Below, one piece after another: positions 8,061-16,275 of a stretch of DNA of 64,000 bases. Below the pieces are notes generated by a model. That model was not told the DNA's origin. It ran no database searches and was given only the letters and a program-made list of their open reading frames with translations. The position numbers and the translations under genes are program-made. This stretch comes from an uncultured delta proteobacterium (lineage in GTDB: Bacteria; Desulfobacterota; WTBG01): assembly GCA_963793865.1 (NCBI GenBank), contig CAWCBP010000008.1, positions 355,182 to 419,181 on the forward strand, given 5' to 3'. Position 1 is the first letter of the stretch, and each line of letters starts with the position of its first letter.

Positions 8061-10190
8061 ATGAATTCATCAAGAGTTGCACGTTTAAGCATAACTGCAG
8101 CCGCGCTGCTTCTTGTCCTTGTGCCCCTGAGGGCACATGCCTATATCGGGCCGGGGGCGGGCTTTGCGGTTGCCGGTTCATTCCTGGTCATGTTCGCGGC
8201 GATGGTATCGGCCCTGTTTCTTATGCTGACCTGGCCGGTCCGCTACGTGGTGAGGGCCATACGTTTCAGAAGGGTTTTTGCCCGCAGCCGGGTCAAGAAA
8301 GTGGTGGTGCTGGGGCTCGACGGCCTCGATTATGCGCTGACCGGAAAGTGGATTGCCGAGGGCAAGCTTCCCAACTTTGCAAAGCTGCGCGATCAGGGCT
8401 GTTTCAAACCCCTTGCCTCAACCGTTCCGCCCATTTCCCCGGTTGCCTGGTCATCCTTTCAGACCGGCACCAACCCGGGGAAGCACAACATCTTCGATTT
8501 CCTCACCCGCGACCGGAGAACCTATGCGGCAAAGCTGAGCTCTACAGCCATCAGGGAATCGTCACGCGCGATCAGCCTCGGGAAATATCGCATCCCGTTG
8601 GGATCGGCCGACATACGCCTGCTGCGCAAAGGGCTTCCCTTCTGGAAAATTCTCGGCGATCAGGGGATATTCAGCAGCGTCATTCGCGTTCCCATCACCT
8701 TTCCTCCTGAAAAGTTTTACGGCATCCAGCTCTCGGCCATGTGCGTGCCCGACCTGCGCGGCACCCAGGGAATGTTTTCATATTATACAACCGAGCCGGG
8801 CGGGAACGGCCGCAGCACCGCGGGCGAAAATTTTCAGGTGCAGAAAAACGGCAACACGGTGAAGGGAGAGCTGGTGGGACCCAAAAATCCCATGCTGCAG
8901 GCGGGCGGGCTGCTCACCTGCCCCTTTGCGGTCACGCTTAACGGTGATGAGGTTGCCACCCTCAGAATCAGCGGGAAGACGGTGAGGCTCAGGGCGGGCG
9001 AGTACTCTGACTGGATAAAGGTTGTTTTTAAGGCCCCGCTCGGTGTCAGGATAGCGGGGATCTGCAGGTTCCTGCTGAAGAGCACCGCCCCGGAGTTCAA
9101 ATTGTATGTTACTCCCATTAATATCGACCCGGAAAAGCCGGCGATGCCCATCAGCCATCCCCCGGTGTATGCCACCTATCTTTCCAAGCGGCAGGGTCCC
9201 TACGCCACGCTCGGGCTTGCCGAAGACTCGTGGGCGCTGAACGAGAAACTGATAAGCGATGACGATTTTCTGGAGCAGTGCCTGCAGCACGACGGCGAAC
9301 GGGAGAGGATGTTTTTTGATTCCCTGGACAATATACGGCGGGGGCTGTGCGTCTGCGTTTTTGACGGGACGGACCGGGTTCAGCACACCTTCTGGCGGCA
9401 GCTGGACAGGGATCATCCCGCTCACGAGGACAAGGGCTCAGCACCGGAACATTCGGCCATTGAGGAAATATACAAGCGTGCCGATGCGCTGCTTGGCAGG
9501 ACCCTTGATAAATGCAGGGACAAGGACACCCTGCTCATGGTCATTTCCGATCACGGGTTCAGTTCATTCCGTTACGGCGTTGACCTGAATCGCTGGCTTG
9601 AGGAAAACGGCTATCTGAAGTTGAAAGAGGGAGGCGGTGACAAAGAGAATCTTGCTGCGGTCGACTGGTCACAAACCCGGGCCTATGCCATCGGCCTTGC
9701 AGGACTCTACCTGAACCTCAAGGGGCGAGAAGGGCAGGGCATCGTCGATCCCCGGACCGAGGCGCCGGCGCTGCGGGATGAAATAGCGCGGAAGCTGCTC
9801 AGCCTCAGGGACCCCATACGGAACCAGCCCGCGGTAAAGGGTGTTTATAACGCCTGGACGGTATACAGCGGGCCTTACCGGGAGGATGCCCCGGACCTGA
9901 TCGTCGGCTATCATGCGGGCTATCGCGCCTCGTGGGAAACAGCGGTGGGAAAGGTGACCGGCGGCATTTTCCACGACAATGTGAAGGCCTGGAGCGGGGA
10001 TCACTGCATTGACCGGTCACTGGTTCCCGGCGTGCTTTTCTGCAACCGCAGGATTGCTGATGAGCACCCGAGGCTCATGGACATCGGCCCCACCGTGCTC
10101 GATCTGTTTGGTGTAAAGGTACCCGCCCACATGGACGGCAAACCGCTCGCCGTGGCCATCGGCGGAAAGGACGCCCCGTCGGCGGCATAG
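8061..10190 (+). CDS. Alkaline phosphatase superfamily protein (type I phosphodiesterase/NPP-like, COG3379-like), membrane-anchored
   Basis: VVVLGLDG, PPISPVAWSSFQTG nucleophile loop, FDGTDRVQH, ISDHG, WSGDHC; N-terminal signal then YIGPG plus TM helix. Confidence 0.85.
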   Translation: MNSSRVARLSITAAALLLVLVPLRAHAYIGPGAGFAVAGSFLVMFAAMVSALFLMLTWPVRYVVRAIRFRRVFARSRVKKVVVLGLDGLDYALTGKWIAEGKLPNFAKLRDQGCFKPLASTVPPISPVAWSSFQTGTNPGKHNIFDFLTRDRRTYAAKLSSTAIRESSRAISLGKYRIPLGSADIRLLRKGLPFWKILGDQGIFSSVIRVPITFPPEKFYGIQLSAMCVPDLRGTQGMFSYYTTEPGGNGRSTAGENFQVQKNGNTVKGELVGPKNPMLQAGGLLTCPFAVTLNGDEVATLRISGKTVRLRAGEYSDWIKVVFKAPLGVRIAGICRFLLKSTAPEFKLYVTPINIDPEKPAMPISHPPVYATYLSKRQGPYATLGLAEDSWALNEKLISDDDFLEQCLQHDGERERMFFDSLDNIRRGLCVCVFDGTDRVQHTFWRQLDRDHPAHEDKGSAPEHSAIEEIYKRADALLGRTLDKCRDKDTLLMVISDHGFSSFRYGVDLNRWLEENGYLKLKEGGGDKENLAAVDWSQTRAYAIGLAGLYLNLKGREGQGIVDPRTEAPALRDEIARKLLSLRDPIRNQPAVKGVYNAWTVYSGPYREDAPDLIVGYHAGYRASWETAVGKVTGGIFHDNVKAWSGDHCIDRSLVPGVLFCNRRIADEHPRLMDIGPTVLDLFGVKVPAHMDGKPLAVAIGGKDAPSAA

Positions 10191-10217
10191 AGGCCGGGTG
10201 CCGGAGGCATAGCGTAT

Positions 10218-12245
10218 ATGAAAAATATCAGCAGAAGAAATTTCATCAAGCGGTCCGCATGTGCCGCCGCCGCACTGGCAACGGGCATGGGCGTCGCCCC
10301 GGCATTTGCCGTCAGGAAAGGACGGGCAAACGCAGCGGGGAAACAAGTCATCGTGATCGGTTTTGACGGCATGGATCCCGGGCTGGCCCGGCAATTGATG
10401 AACGCCGGCAGGCTGCCCAACCTGGAGCGCTTGCGAAGGCAGAACGGATACCGCGTGCTCGGGACCAGCATCCCTCCGCAGAGCCCCGTGGCCTGGGCCA
10501 ACTTCATCAACGGCGCCGGGCCCGGTTCCCACGGCATCTTCGACTTTATCCACCGTGATCCTGAGCGGCAGGCCTATCCGTTTTTCGCCGCCGCTGAAAC
10601 GGTACCGGGCGAGGGCTATCTTGAATGGGGCGAGCATAAACTGCAGCTCGACTTCTGGCCCTTCAATCATAAGCCGGCCAGAACCGTGCTGCAGAGACAG
10701 GGGACTCCCTTCTGGGATTATCTTGACCGGGAGGGAATTCCCTCCACCTTTTATGACCTGCCCTCGAACTATCCGCCCAGCCCTTCGCGCTACGGCAACC
10801 ATCGATGCCTCTCCGGCATGGGGACGCCCGACCTGCAGGGAAGCTATGGGACCTACCAGCACTTTGCCGAGGACGGGCCCGCGCAGACCCAATCCGAGGG
10901 GGGCGGAAAGCGGTCGAGAATCCATTTTGAAGGTGATACCTCCCTTCCGCTGGCACTTCTGGGGCCGAGGAACACCCTGCTCAAGGATCCCCGGGATGCC
11001 GTCATCAATTTTACCCTTCACCGAGACCGGGACGCGGGCGCCGCGGTGGTGGAGATCCAGAAGCACACCCTGGTTCTCAAACAGGGGGAGTGGAGTCCCT
11101 GGATACCCCTTGATTTCGGGCTTTCCACTCCGGCGATGCTGCCGGATAAACACGTGAGCGGCATCTGCCGCTTCTACCTGCAGGAAGTTTCCCCCTGCTG
11201 CCGGCTGTATGTGAGCCCCATCAATATCAATCCCGCCAGCCCGGCGATCCGGATTACCGAGCCCGAAGAATTCTCTCAGGAAATGGCGCACCGCCTGGGC
11301 CTTTTCGCCACCACCGGATTCCAGGAGGACCACAAGGCCCTGTCGAATAAAATTTTTACCGATGACGAGTTTGCCCGGCAGGCCGACCATGTGCTGCAGG
11401 AACGCATGAACCTGCTCGATTATGCCTTGCGGAACTATGATGACGGACTGCTGTTTTTCTACTTCTCCAGCACCGACCTCCAGTCCCACATGTTCTGGTG
11501 GGACTGCGACGCGACGCATCCCGTCCGGTCCCGGGAAGCGGCGATACACTACTTCGGGCAGCTGCAGGATCTCTATGCCCGGATGGACGCGGTGGTGGGT
11601 GATCTGCTCAAGCGCTACGGAGACAGGGCCCACATCATGGTCATGAGCGATCACGGCTTTTCCAATTTCGTGCGCCAGTTCAACCTGAACACCTGGCTGC
11701 GCGATAACGGCTATCTCGGCTCCCCCGACAGCACCTCCATCATGGACCGGGGCTTCGAATGGTCAAAAAGCCGCGCCTTCGGCCTGGGCATCAACAGCCT
11801 CTATCTCAATCTCAAGGGGCGGGAGCGTTACGGTACCGTGGAACCCGGCCCTGAGCGGGAGGGACTGCTGGAAGAGCTTGCGCGCAAGCTGGTGGCCGTC
11901 CGTGACCGCGACGGCAGGCAGGTCATCCGGGCGGTCCACCGGGCCGACAAAGTGTACGCGGGTACGGCCACGCGTTACGCCCCCGATTTGATTATCGGCT
12001 ACAGCCGCGATTTCCGCGCTTCATGGAAAACGGTGCTCGGGGACATGACCGATGAGGTGATGCTCGATAATGAGTCGGCCTGGAGCGCCGACCACTGCAT
12101 GGATGCGTCCGAAGTGCCCGGGGTGTTATTCAGCAACCGGCCCATCGCGGCGCCGAACCCCGCGCTTGCGGACCTGGCGCCCTCGATACTTACAGCGTTC
12201 GGTTTAGGGATACCATCGGACATGACCGGCAGAAATATTTTTTAG
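10218..12245 (+). CDS. Alkaline phosphatase superfamily protein, Tat-exported paralog
   Basis: SRRNFIK twin-arginine signal; IGFDG, PPQSPVAWANF, MSDHG, WSADHC. Confidence 0.85.
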   Translation: MKNISRRNFIKRSACAAAALATGMGVAPAFAVRKGRANAAGKQVIVIGFDGMDPGLARQLMNAGRLPNLERLRRQNGYRVLGTSIPPQSPVAWANFINGAGPGSHGIFDFIHRDPERQAYPFFAAAETVPGEGYLEWGEHKLQLDFWPFNHKPARTVLQRQGTPFWDYLDREGIPSTFYDLPSNYPPSPSRYGNHRCLSGMGTPDLQGSYGTYQHFAEDGPAQTQSEGGGKRSRIHFEGDTSLPLALLGPRNTLLKDPRDAVINFTLHRDRDAGAAVVEIQKHTLVLKQGEWSPWIPLDFGLSTPAMLPDKHVSGICRFYLQEVSPCCRLYVSPININPASPAIRITEPEEFSQEMAHRLGLFATTGFQEDHKALSNKIFTDDEFARQADHVLQERMNLLDYALRNYDDGLLFFYFSSTDLQSHMFWWDCDATHPVRSREAAIHYFGQLQDLYARMDAVVGDLLKRYGDRAHIMVMSDHGFSNFVRQFNLNTWLRDNGYLGSPDSTSIMDRGFEWSKSRAFGLGINSLYLNLKGRERYGTVEPGPEREGLLEELARKLVAVRDRDGRQVIRAVHRADKVYAGTATRYAPDLIIGYSRDFRASWKTVLGDMTDEVMLDNESAWSADHCMDASEVPGVLFSNRPIAAPNPALADLAPSILTAFGLGIPSDMTGRNIF

Positions 12246-12339
12246 CAGGCGGTTGAAAAACACCCATCTGCTTTGTGGCTCAAAGGGAGGGGCTTTTGAC
12301 GCCACAACATTTCTACAACCTTTTAGGGCGAGATGTTCA

Positions 12340-12528
12340 ATGGCCAAGATCAAGATTGATTCCAAGCTCTTTGACCGCGCGAAAGAAGCGGCGGAGAAGG
12401 CGGGATACGCCAGCACCGAAGAGTTTATCACCCACCTTATTGAGAAAGAGGTCGCGCGGCTGGAATCGCCGCCTGCCGGGGATGATGCCGTCGCGGACCA
12501 GCTTCGGGGCCTGGGATATATTGAATGA
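12340..12528 (+). CDS. Small protein (62 aa), ribbon-helix-helix/CopG-like N-terminus with C-terminal LRGLGYIE tail
   Basis: Start moved to ATG 12340 (MAKIKIDSKLFDRAKEAAEKAGYASTEEFITHLIEKE); stop overlaps next start (ATGA). Confidence 0.7.
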   Translation: MAKIKIDSKLFDRAKEAAEKAGYASTEEFITHLIEKEVARLESPPAGDDAVADQLRGLGYIE

Positions 12529-13370
12529 CTGAACTTTTGCTGCGGACGCTGACGGGGATAAACACGGTCACCAATGCTCTCGGCGATATGCTGCAGGCGC
12601 CGGTTGCGACAATGCCGGGGTGGCTTTCCATCACCATCCTGTCCGCGGCGGTCGGGGTGCTTGCCCTGATTATTTTCAAATACACCTCCAATCAGAAGGC
12701 GATCGGCCGCGTCAGGGACGACATCAAGGCCAACCTCCTGGCCGTCAAGCTCTTCAGGGACAATTTCTCCGTGGCCTTCCGGTCGCAGGCACGGGTCATG
12801 GCTGCCGCCGTAAAGCTGCTGGTTTATTCCCTGGTGCCGATGCTGGTTATCATCCTGCCGGTGTGCCTGGTGCTTGCCCAGATGGGTTCGTGGTATCAGG
12901 TCCGCCCTGTGCGGCCGGGGGACGGGCAGGTCACGGTACAATTAAAAATGAACCATCGCGCCGGCACCCTCCCGCAGGTTTCGCTTGACCCCCTCCCCGG
13001 TATCCGCCTCCTCACCGGGCCGGTTCGGGTCCCCAGCAGGGATGAGATTTATTTCAGGCTTCAGCCGCTGGAGTACGGGAACCACACCCTCGTTTTTCAT
13101 ATCGGAGACGCCCGGTATGAAAAGCAGCTGGCCGTCGGCGAAGGCTTCATGCGGGTAAGCCCCAGGCGGCCGGGCGCAAACCCGGGGGATGTTTTGCTGT
13201 ATCCCATGGAAAAACCGTTCTCTTCCGGCGATCACGTTGGGTCGATCAGCATTGCCTATCCGGCACGGGAATCGAAAATTTTTGGAACCGACTGGTGGAT
13301 TGTCTATTTTTTTCTGGCCTCCATGGCATTCGCCATGCTCTGTAAACCTTTTCTGAAAGTGAGGATATAA
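12525..13370 (+). CDS. Membrane protein resembling DUF106/EMC3-TMCO1 family with inserted soluble beta-domain
   Basis: TM1, coiled segment (FKYTSNQKAIGRVRDDIKANLL), TM2 (SLVPMLVIILP), C-terminal WWIVYFFLASMAFAMLCKPFLKV. Confidence 0.6.
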   Translation: MTELLLRTLTGINTVTNALGDMLQAPVATMPGWLSITILSAAVGVLALIIFKYTSNQKAIGRVRDDIKANLLAVKLFRDNFSVAFRSQARVMAAAVKLLVYSLVPMLVIILPVCLVLAQMGSWYQVRPVRPGDGQVTVQLKMNHRAGTLPQVSLDPLPGIRLLTGPVRVPSRDEIYFRLQPLEYGNHTLVFHIGDARYEKQLAVGEGFMRVSPRRPGANPGDVLLYPMEKPFSSGDHVGSISIAYPARESKIFGTDWWIVYFFLASMAFAMLCKPFLKVRI

Positions 13371-13373
13371 GCA

Positions 13374-13949
13374 ATGGAGCAGAAGCCGTTTATTACCATT
13401 GTTTCGGGCCTTCCGCGCTCGGGGACATCCATGATGATGCAGGTGATTGAAGCCGGGGGCGTTCCCGCCCTCACCGATAACCTGCGCACCAGGGATGAGG
13501 ACAACCCCCAGGGATATTATGAATTCGAGCCGGTAAAGAAGACCAGGGAGGACCCATCCTGGGTCCCGGGGGCACGCGGAAAGGTGGTCAAGATGGTGTA
13601 CCGCCTGCTGTATGATCTGCCCGGTGACCAGGAGTACCGCGTCATCTTCATGCGCAGGAACATCGATGAGGTCCTGACCTCGCAGAAAAAAATGCTTCAG
13701 CGCTCGGGCAAGCCGGGCGCGGCCATCAGCGATGAAAGATTGAAAGAGCTGTTTCTGGCCGAGCTGGACAAGTTCGATCGCTGGATAGCGGAACAAAAGA
13801 ACTTCTCGATCATCGAGGTTGATTACAGCGACATGGTTGCCTCCCCCGGGACGCAGTGCAAGCGCATTAATGAATTTCTCGGAGGGGTCCTTGATAGTGA
13901 CCGCGCGGCCGCGGCGGTGAATCCGTCCTTGTACCGCAACCGGAGCTGA
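13374..13949 (+). CDS. Sulfotransferase family protein (P-loop, PAPS-binding)
   Basis: IVSGLPRSGTSMMMQ 5'-PSB loop; VIFMRRNIDEVLTSQ 3'-PB-like motif; no signal peptide. Confidence 0.85.
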   Translation: MEQKPFITIVSGLPRSGTSMMMQVIEAGGVPALTDNLRTRDEDNPQGYYEFEPVKKTREDPSWVPGARGKVVKMVYRLLYDLPGDQEYRVIFMRRNIDEVLTSQKKMLQRSGKPGAAISDERLKELFLAELDKFDRWIAEQKNFSIIEVDYSDMVASPGTQCKRINEFLGGVLDSDRAAAAVNPSLYRNRS

Positions 13950-14063
13950 TATTCCGGGGACACCATACGCAATGTGATGTTGCATGGAACGGAATGCTCT
14001 TTTTTATGCACTATTACGTATGGTGTCCCCAAATGACTTGAAGGTAAAAGTCAACAGGTAAGC

Positions 14064-14094
14064 AAAGGGCCTGGCATTGAGCCGGGCCCTTTTT
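14064..14094. terminator. Bidirectional terminator between convergent operons
   Basis: AAA-GGGCCTGGC-ATTGA-GCCGGGCCC-TTTTT. Confidence 0.7.
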
Positions 14095-14118
14095 GATTCA
14101 ATCGTCTCAATGCGGCGG

Positions 14119-16275
14119 TCAGGGTTCCGGCTCAAATACCAGGATATAACGCTGCGGGATGAATTGTGCCCGGTCAACCAGGCGGAAGCCGTAGTGCTTC
14201 AGCTGGCTGATGATGAGCTCCGGGGCGATGCGGGGGCCGTAGTAGGGATTTTCAGCGTCCGCCAGGACGGCATTGTCGGCGATGACCAGCCGGGCGCCTT
14301 TTCGCAGGGAGCGCTTGAGGCTGTTGATGAAACCGTCTTTCACATATTCCAGCGAGCCCATGTAGATGGCGTGATACACGGAGCAGATGTACACCAGGTC
14401 CACGCTTTCGGGAGGCAGCGCGGCGTCATTGTCCCGGGCCAGGACGGTCTGAATGTTGCGCACCCCGTTTTTTATCGACACCTCCCTGACATAGTCAAGC
14501 ATGGCTTGCGTGGTGTCGGTGGCGTAAACCATGCCATCCGGGCCTGCCAGTTCCGCGAACTTGAAGGTGTAATAGCCGGGGCCGCAGCCGATATCCGCGA
14601 TGCGGGTGCCGGGCTTGATGTTGAGAAACTCAATGACCCTGCCGGTGCGCTCCCAGTTTTCGCGATAGGGGCTGCTGAAGGCAATGAACTCGCCCCATTC
14701 GTTAAGCTGGCCCTGGGTCACCGGGGCGGATCCGGGAAGCTCCAGGTCGCGAATGGAGAGCTTCTGAGCGCCCGGGCCGGCGTGCGCCGCGTCTTCGTCG
14801 TCGAGCACGGCGTCGAAATAATATTTATAGCGCAGATAGGTCTTCAATACCCTGAAGTCGTCAACTGCCAGCCGCTCGAAGTAGCTGCGGACAAACCAAT
14901 GGGCAAGCAACTCCTGTCTTAACCGGGGTGAGGCAAGCAGATACTCGCAGAACCATTGCCAGGCAAGATATTCGTCGCCGAACCGCTCCCGGGGAATCAA
15001 CGCCCTGTAGGCTTCCAGGGCCGCATTGATGGTTGGCGGGTCCTTCTTTTCCAGGGCTGTGTACATCAGCCGCGCTGCCCGCCGGCCGGCCAGGGTAAAG
15101 CCCGGGGAGGAGGCGATCGGCGAGGAACGGAGCAAAGAAGATTTTGAGATGAGGGGGACGCAGTCATCGCCGAGTGGTCGGTCAAGCGGCGCGGGCTGCG
15201 GCTCCTCCGGCATCATCTTAAACACCAGGATGTAGCGCTGGGGAATGAACTGGTAGCTTTTGACCAGCTGCAGGCCATAATACCAGAGCTGGTTGATGAT
15301 CAGTTCCCTGGCGAGATGGGGACCATGATAGGGAAGAGTCCTGTCTTCAACCAACCCGTTGTCCACGATCACCAGCATACCGTCCGGCTTGAGGTTGCTC
15401 TTGATGCTGTTGATGAATGTGCCGCGCTCTTCATCGGTGTCCAGGGCATATATATTGTGATACAGCGAGCAGAGGTAGGCCATGTCCGCTTTCCGGGGAA
15501 GCAGCATGCCTGTTGACGCCGGCACCACTGCTTCCACGTTCTTCACGCTGAGCTTCTTCACCAGCTTCGATACATAGTCAATATGCTGCTGATTGGTGTC
15601 TACCGCATACACAAGGCCGCGCTCGCCGACCATTTCCGCGAACTTGAAGGTATAGTAGCCGGGGCCGCAGCCGATGTCGGCCACCACGTCGCCCTTTTTC
15701 AAACCGAGGACTTCAAGGATGCTTCCGGTCTTTTCCCATCGCTCGCGCCGGGGATTGTTGAAGAGGATGAAATCCTCCAGAAAGCGGAACCTTGGCTCCG
15801 ACTTGGGCGTCGCCCGGTCCTTCCATTCCAGCAGGTGGTACTTCTTCTTGAGGTAGTCCCTGAGCGGCTCGAAGTCATCCCGGGAGAGATAATCGTACCA
15901 CGCAGCCGTGATGGGGTCGGCGAGCATCTTCTCCCGCTCCTTTCCGGATGCCGCCATGAACTCGCCGATCCATTCCAGCGCGGTGTATTCCCCGCCGAAA
16001 TTCTCCGAGGGTATGATCTGCCGGTAGATCTCTATCGCCTCACGGGCGGGCCGTGGATCCTTCCGGGTCAGACAGTCATACATCAGCGAGGCCGCCCTGG
16101 TGCCGCCTTCGGTGATGTCGAAGGAATCGAGGCTGCCCAGATGAATGAGGGAGGCCCTGGAGGTAACGCGGATGAAATGCGGGGGCGCCGACGGGACATC
16201 AGGCTGCCTGAGCAAAGGAGGCGGGGGCTGCCGCAACGGCGCCGAGCAGGAGGTAACTAAATAAAGAGGTTTCAT
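14119..16275 (-). CDS. Tandem (internally duplicated) class I SAM-dependent methyltransferase, 718 aa
   Basis: ADIGCGPGYYTFKFAE occurs twice; both halves end QFIPQRYILVF; ATGA overlap with upstream gene. Confidence 0.85.
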   Translation of the reverse strand: MKPLYLVTSCSAPLRQPPPPLLRQPDVPSAPPHFIRVTSRASLIHLGSLDSFDITEGGTRAASLMYDCLTRKDPRPAREAIEIYRQIIPSENFGGEYTALEWIGEFMAASGKEREKMLADPITAAWYDYLSRDDFEPLRDYLKKKYHLLEWKDRATPKSEPRFRFLEDFILFNNPRRERWEKTGSILEVLGLKKGDVVADIGCGPGYYTFKFAEMVGERGLVYAVDTNQQHIDYVSKLVKKLSVKNVEAVVPASTGMLLPRKADMAYLCSLYHNIYALDTDEERGTFINSIKSNLKPDGMLVIVDNGLVEDRTLPYHGPHLARELIINQLWYYGLQLVKSYQFIPQRYILVFKMMPEEPQPAPLDRPLGDDCVPLISKSSLLRSSPIASSPGFTLAGRRAARLMYTALEKKDPPTINAALEAYRALIPRERFGDEYLAWQWFCEYLLASPRLRQELLAHWFVRSYFERLAVDDFRVLKTYLRYKYYFDAVLDDEDAAHAGPGAQKLSIRDLELPGSAPVTQGQLNEWGEFIAFSSPYRENWERTGRVIEFLNIKPGTRIADIGCGPGYYTFKFAELAGPDGMVYATDTTQAMLDYVREVSIKNGVRNIQTVLARDNDAALPPESVDLVYICSVYHAIYMGSLEYVKDGFINSLKRSLRKGARLVIADNAVLADAENPYYGPRIAPELIISQLKHYGFRLVDRAQFIPQRYILVFEPEP

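Noticed and set aside
10017-11654. 545-aa antisense ORF
   Set aside because: Lies entirely opposite the two motif-bearing AlkP genes; no recognisable domain; typical GC-rich shadow ORF.
13950-14118. Search for a RiPP precursor peptide flanking the radical SAM operon (also 22330-22436)
   Set aside because: No small ORF with an RBS and a leader/core pattern was found in either flank.
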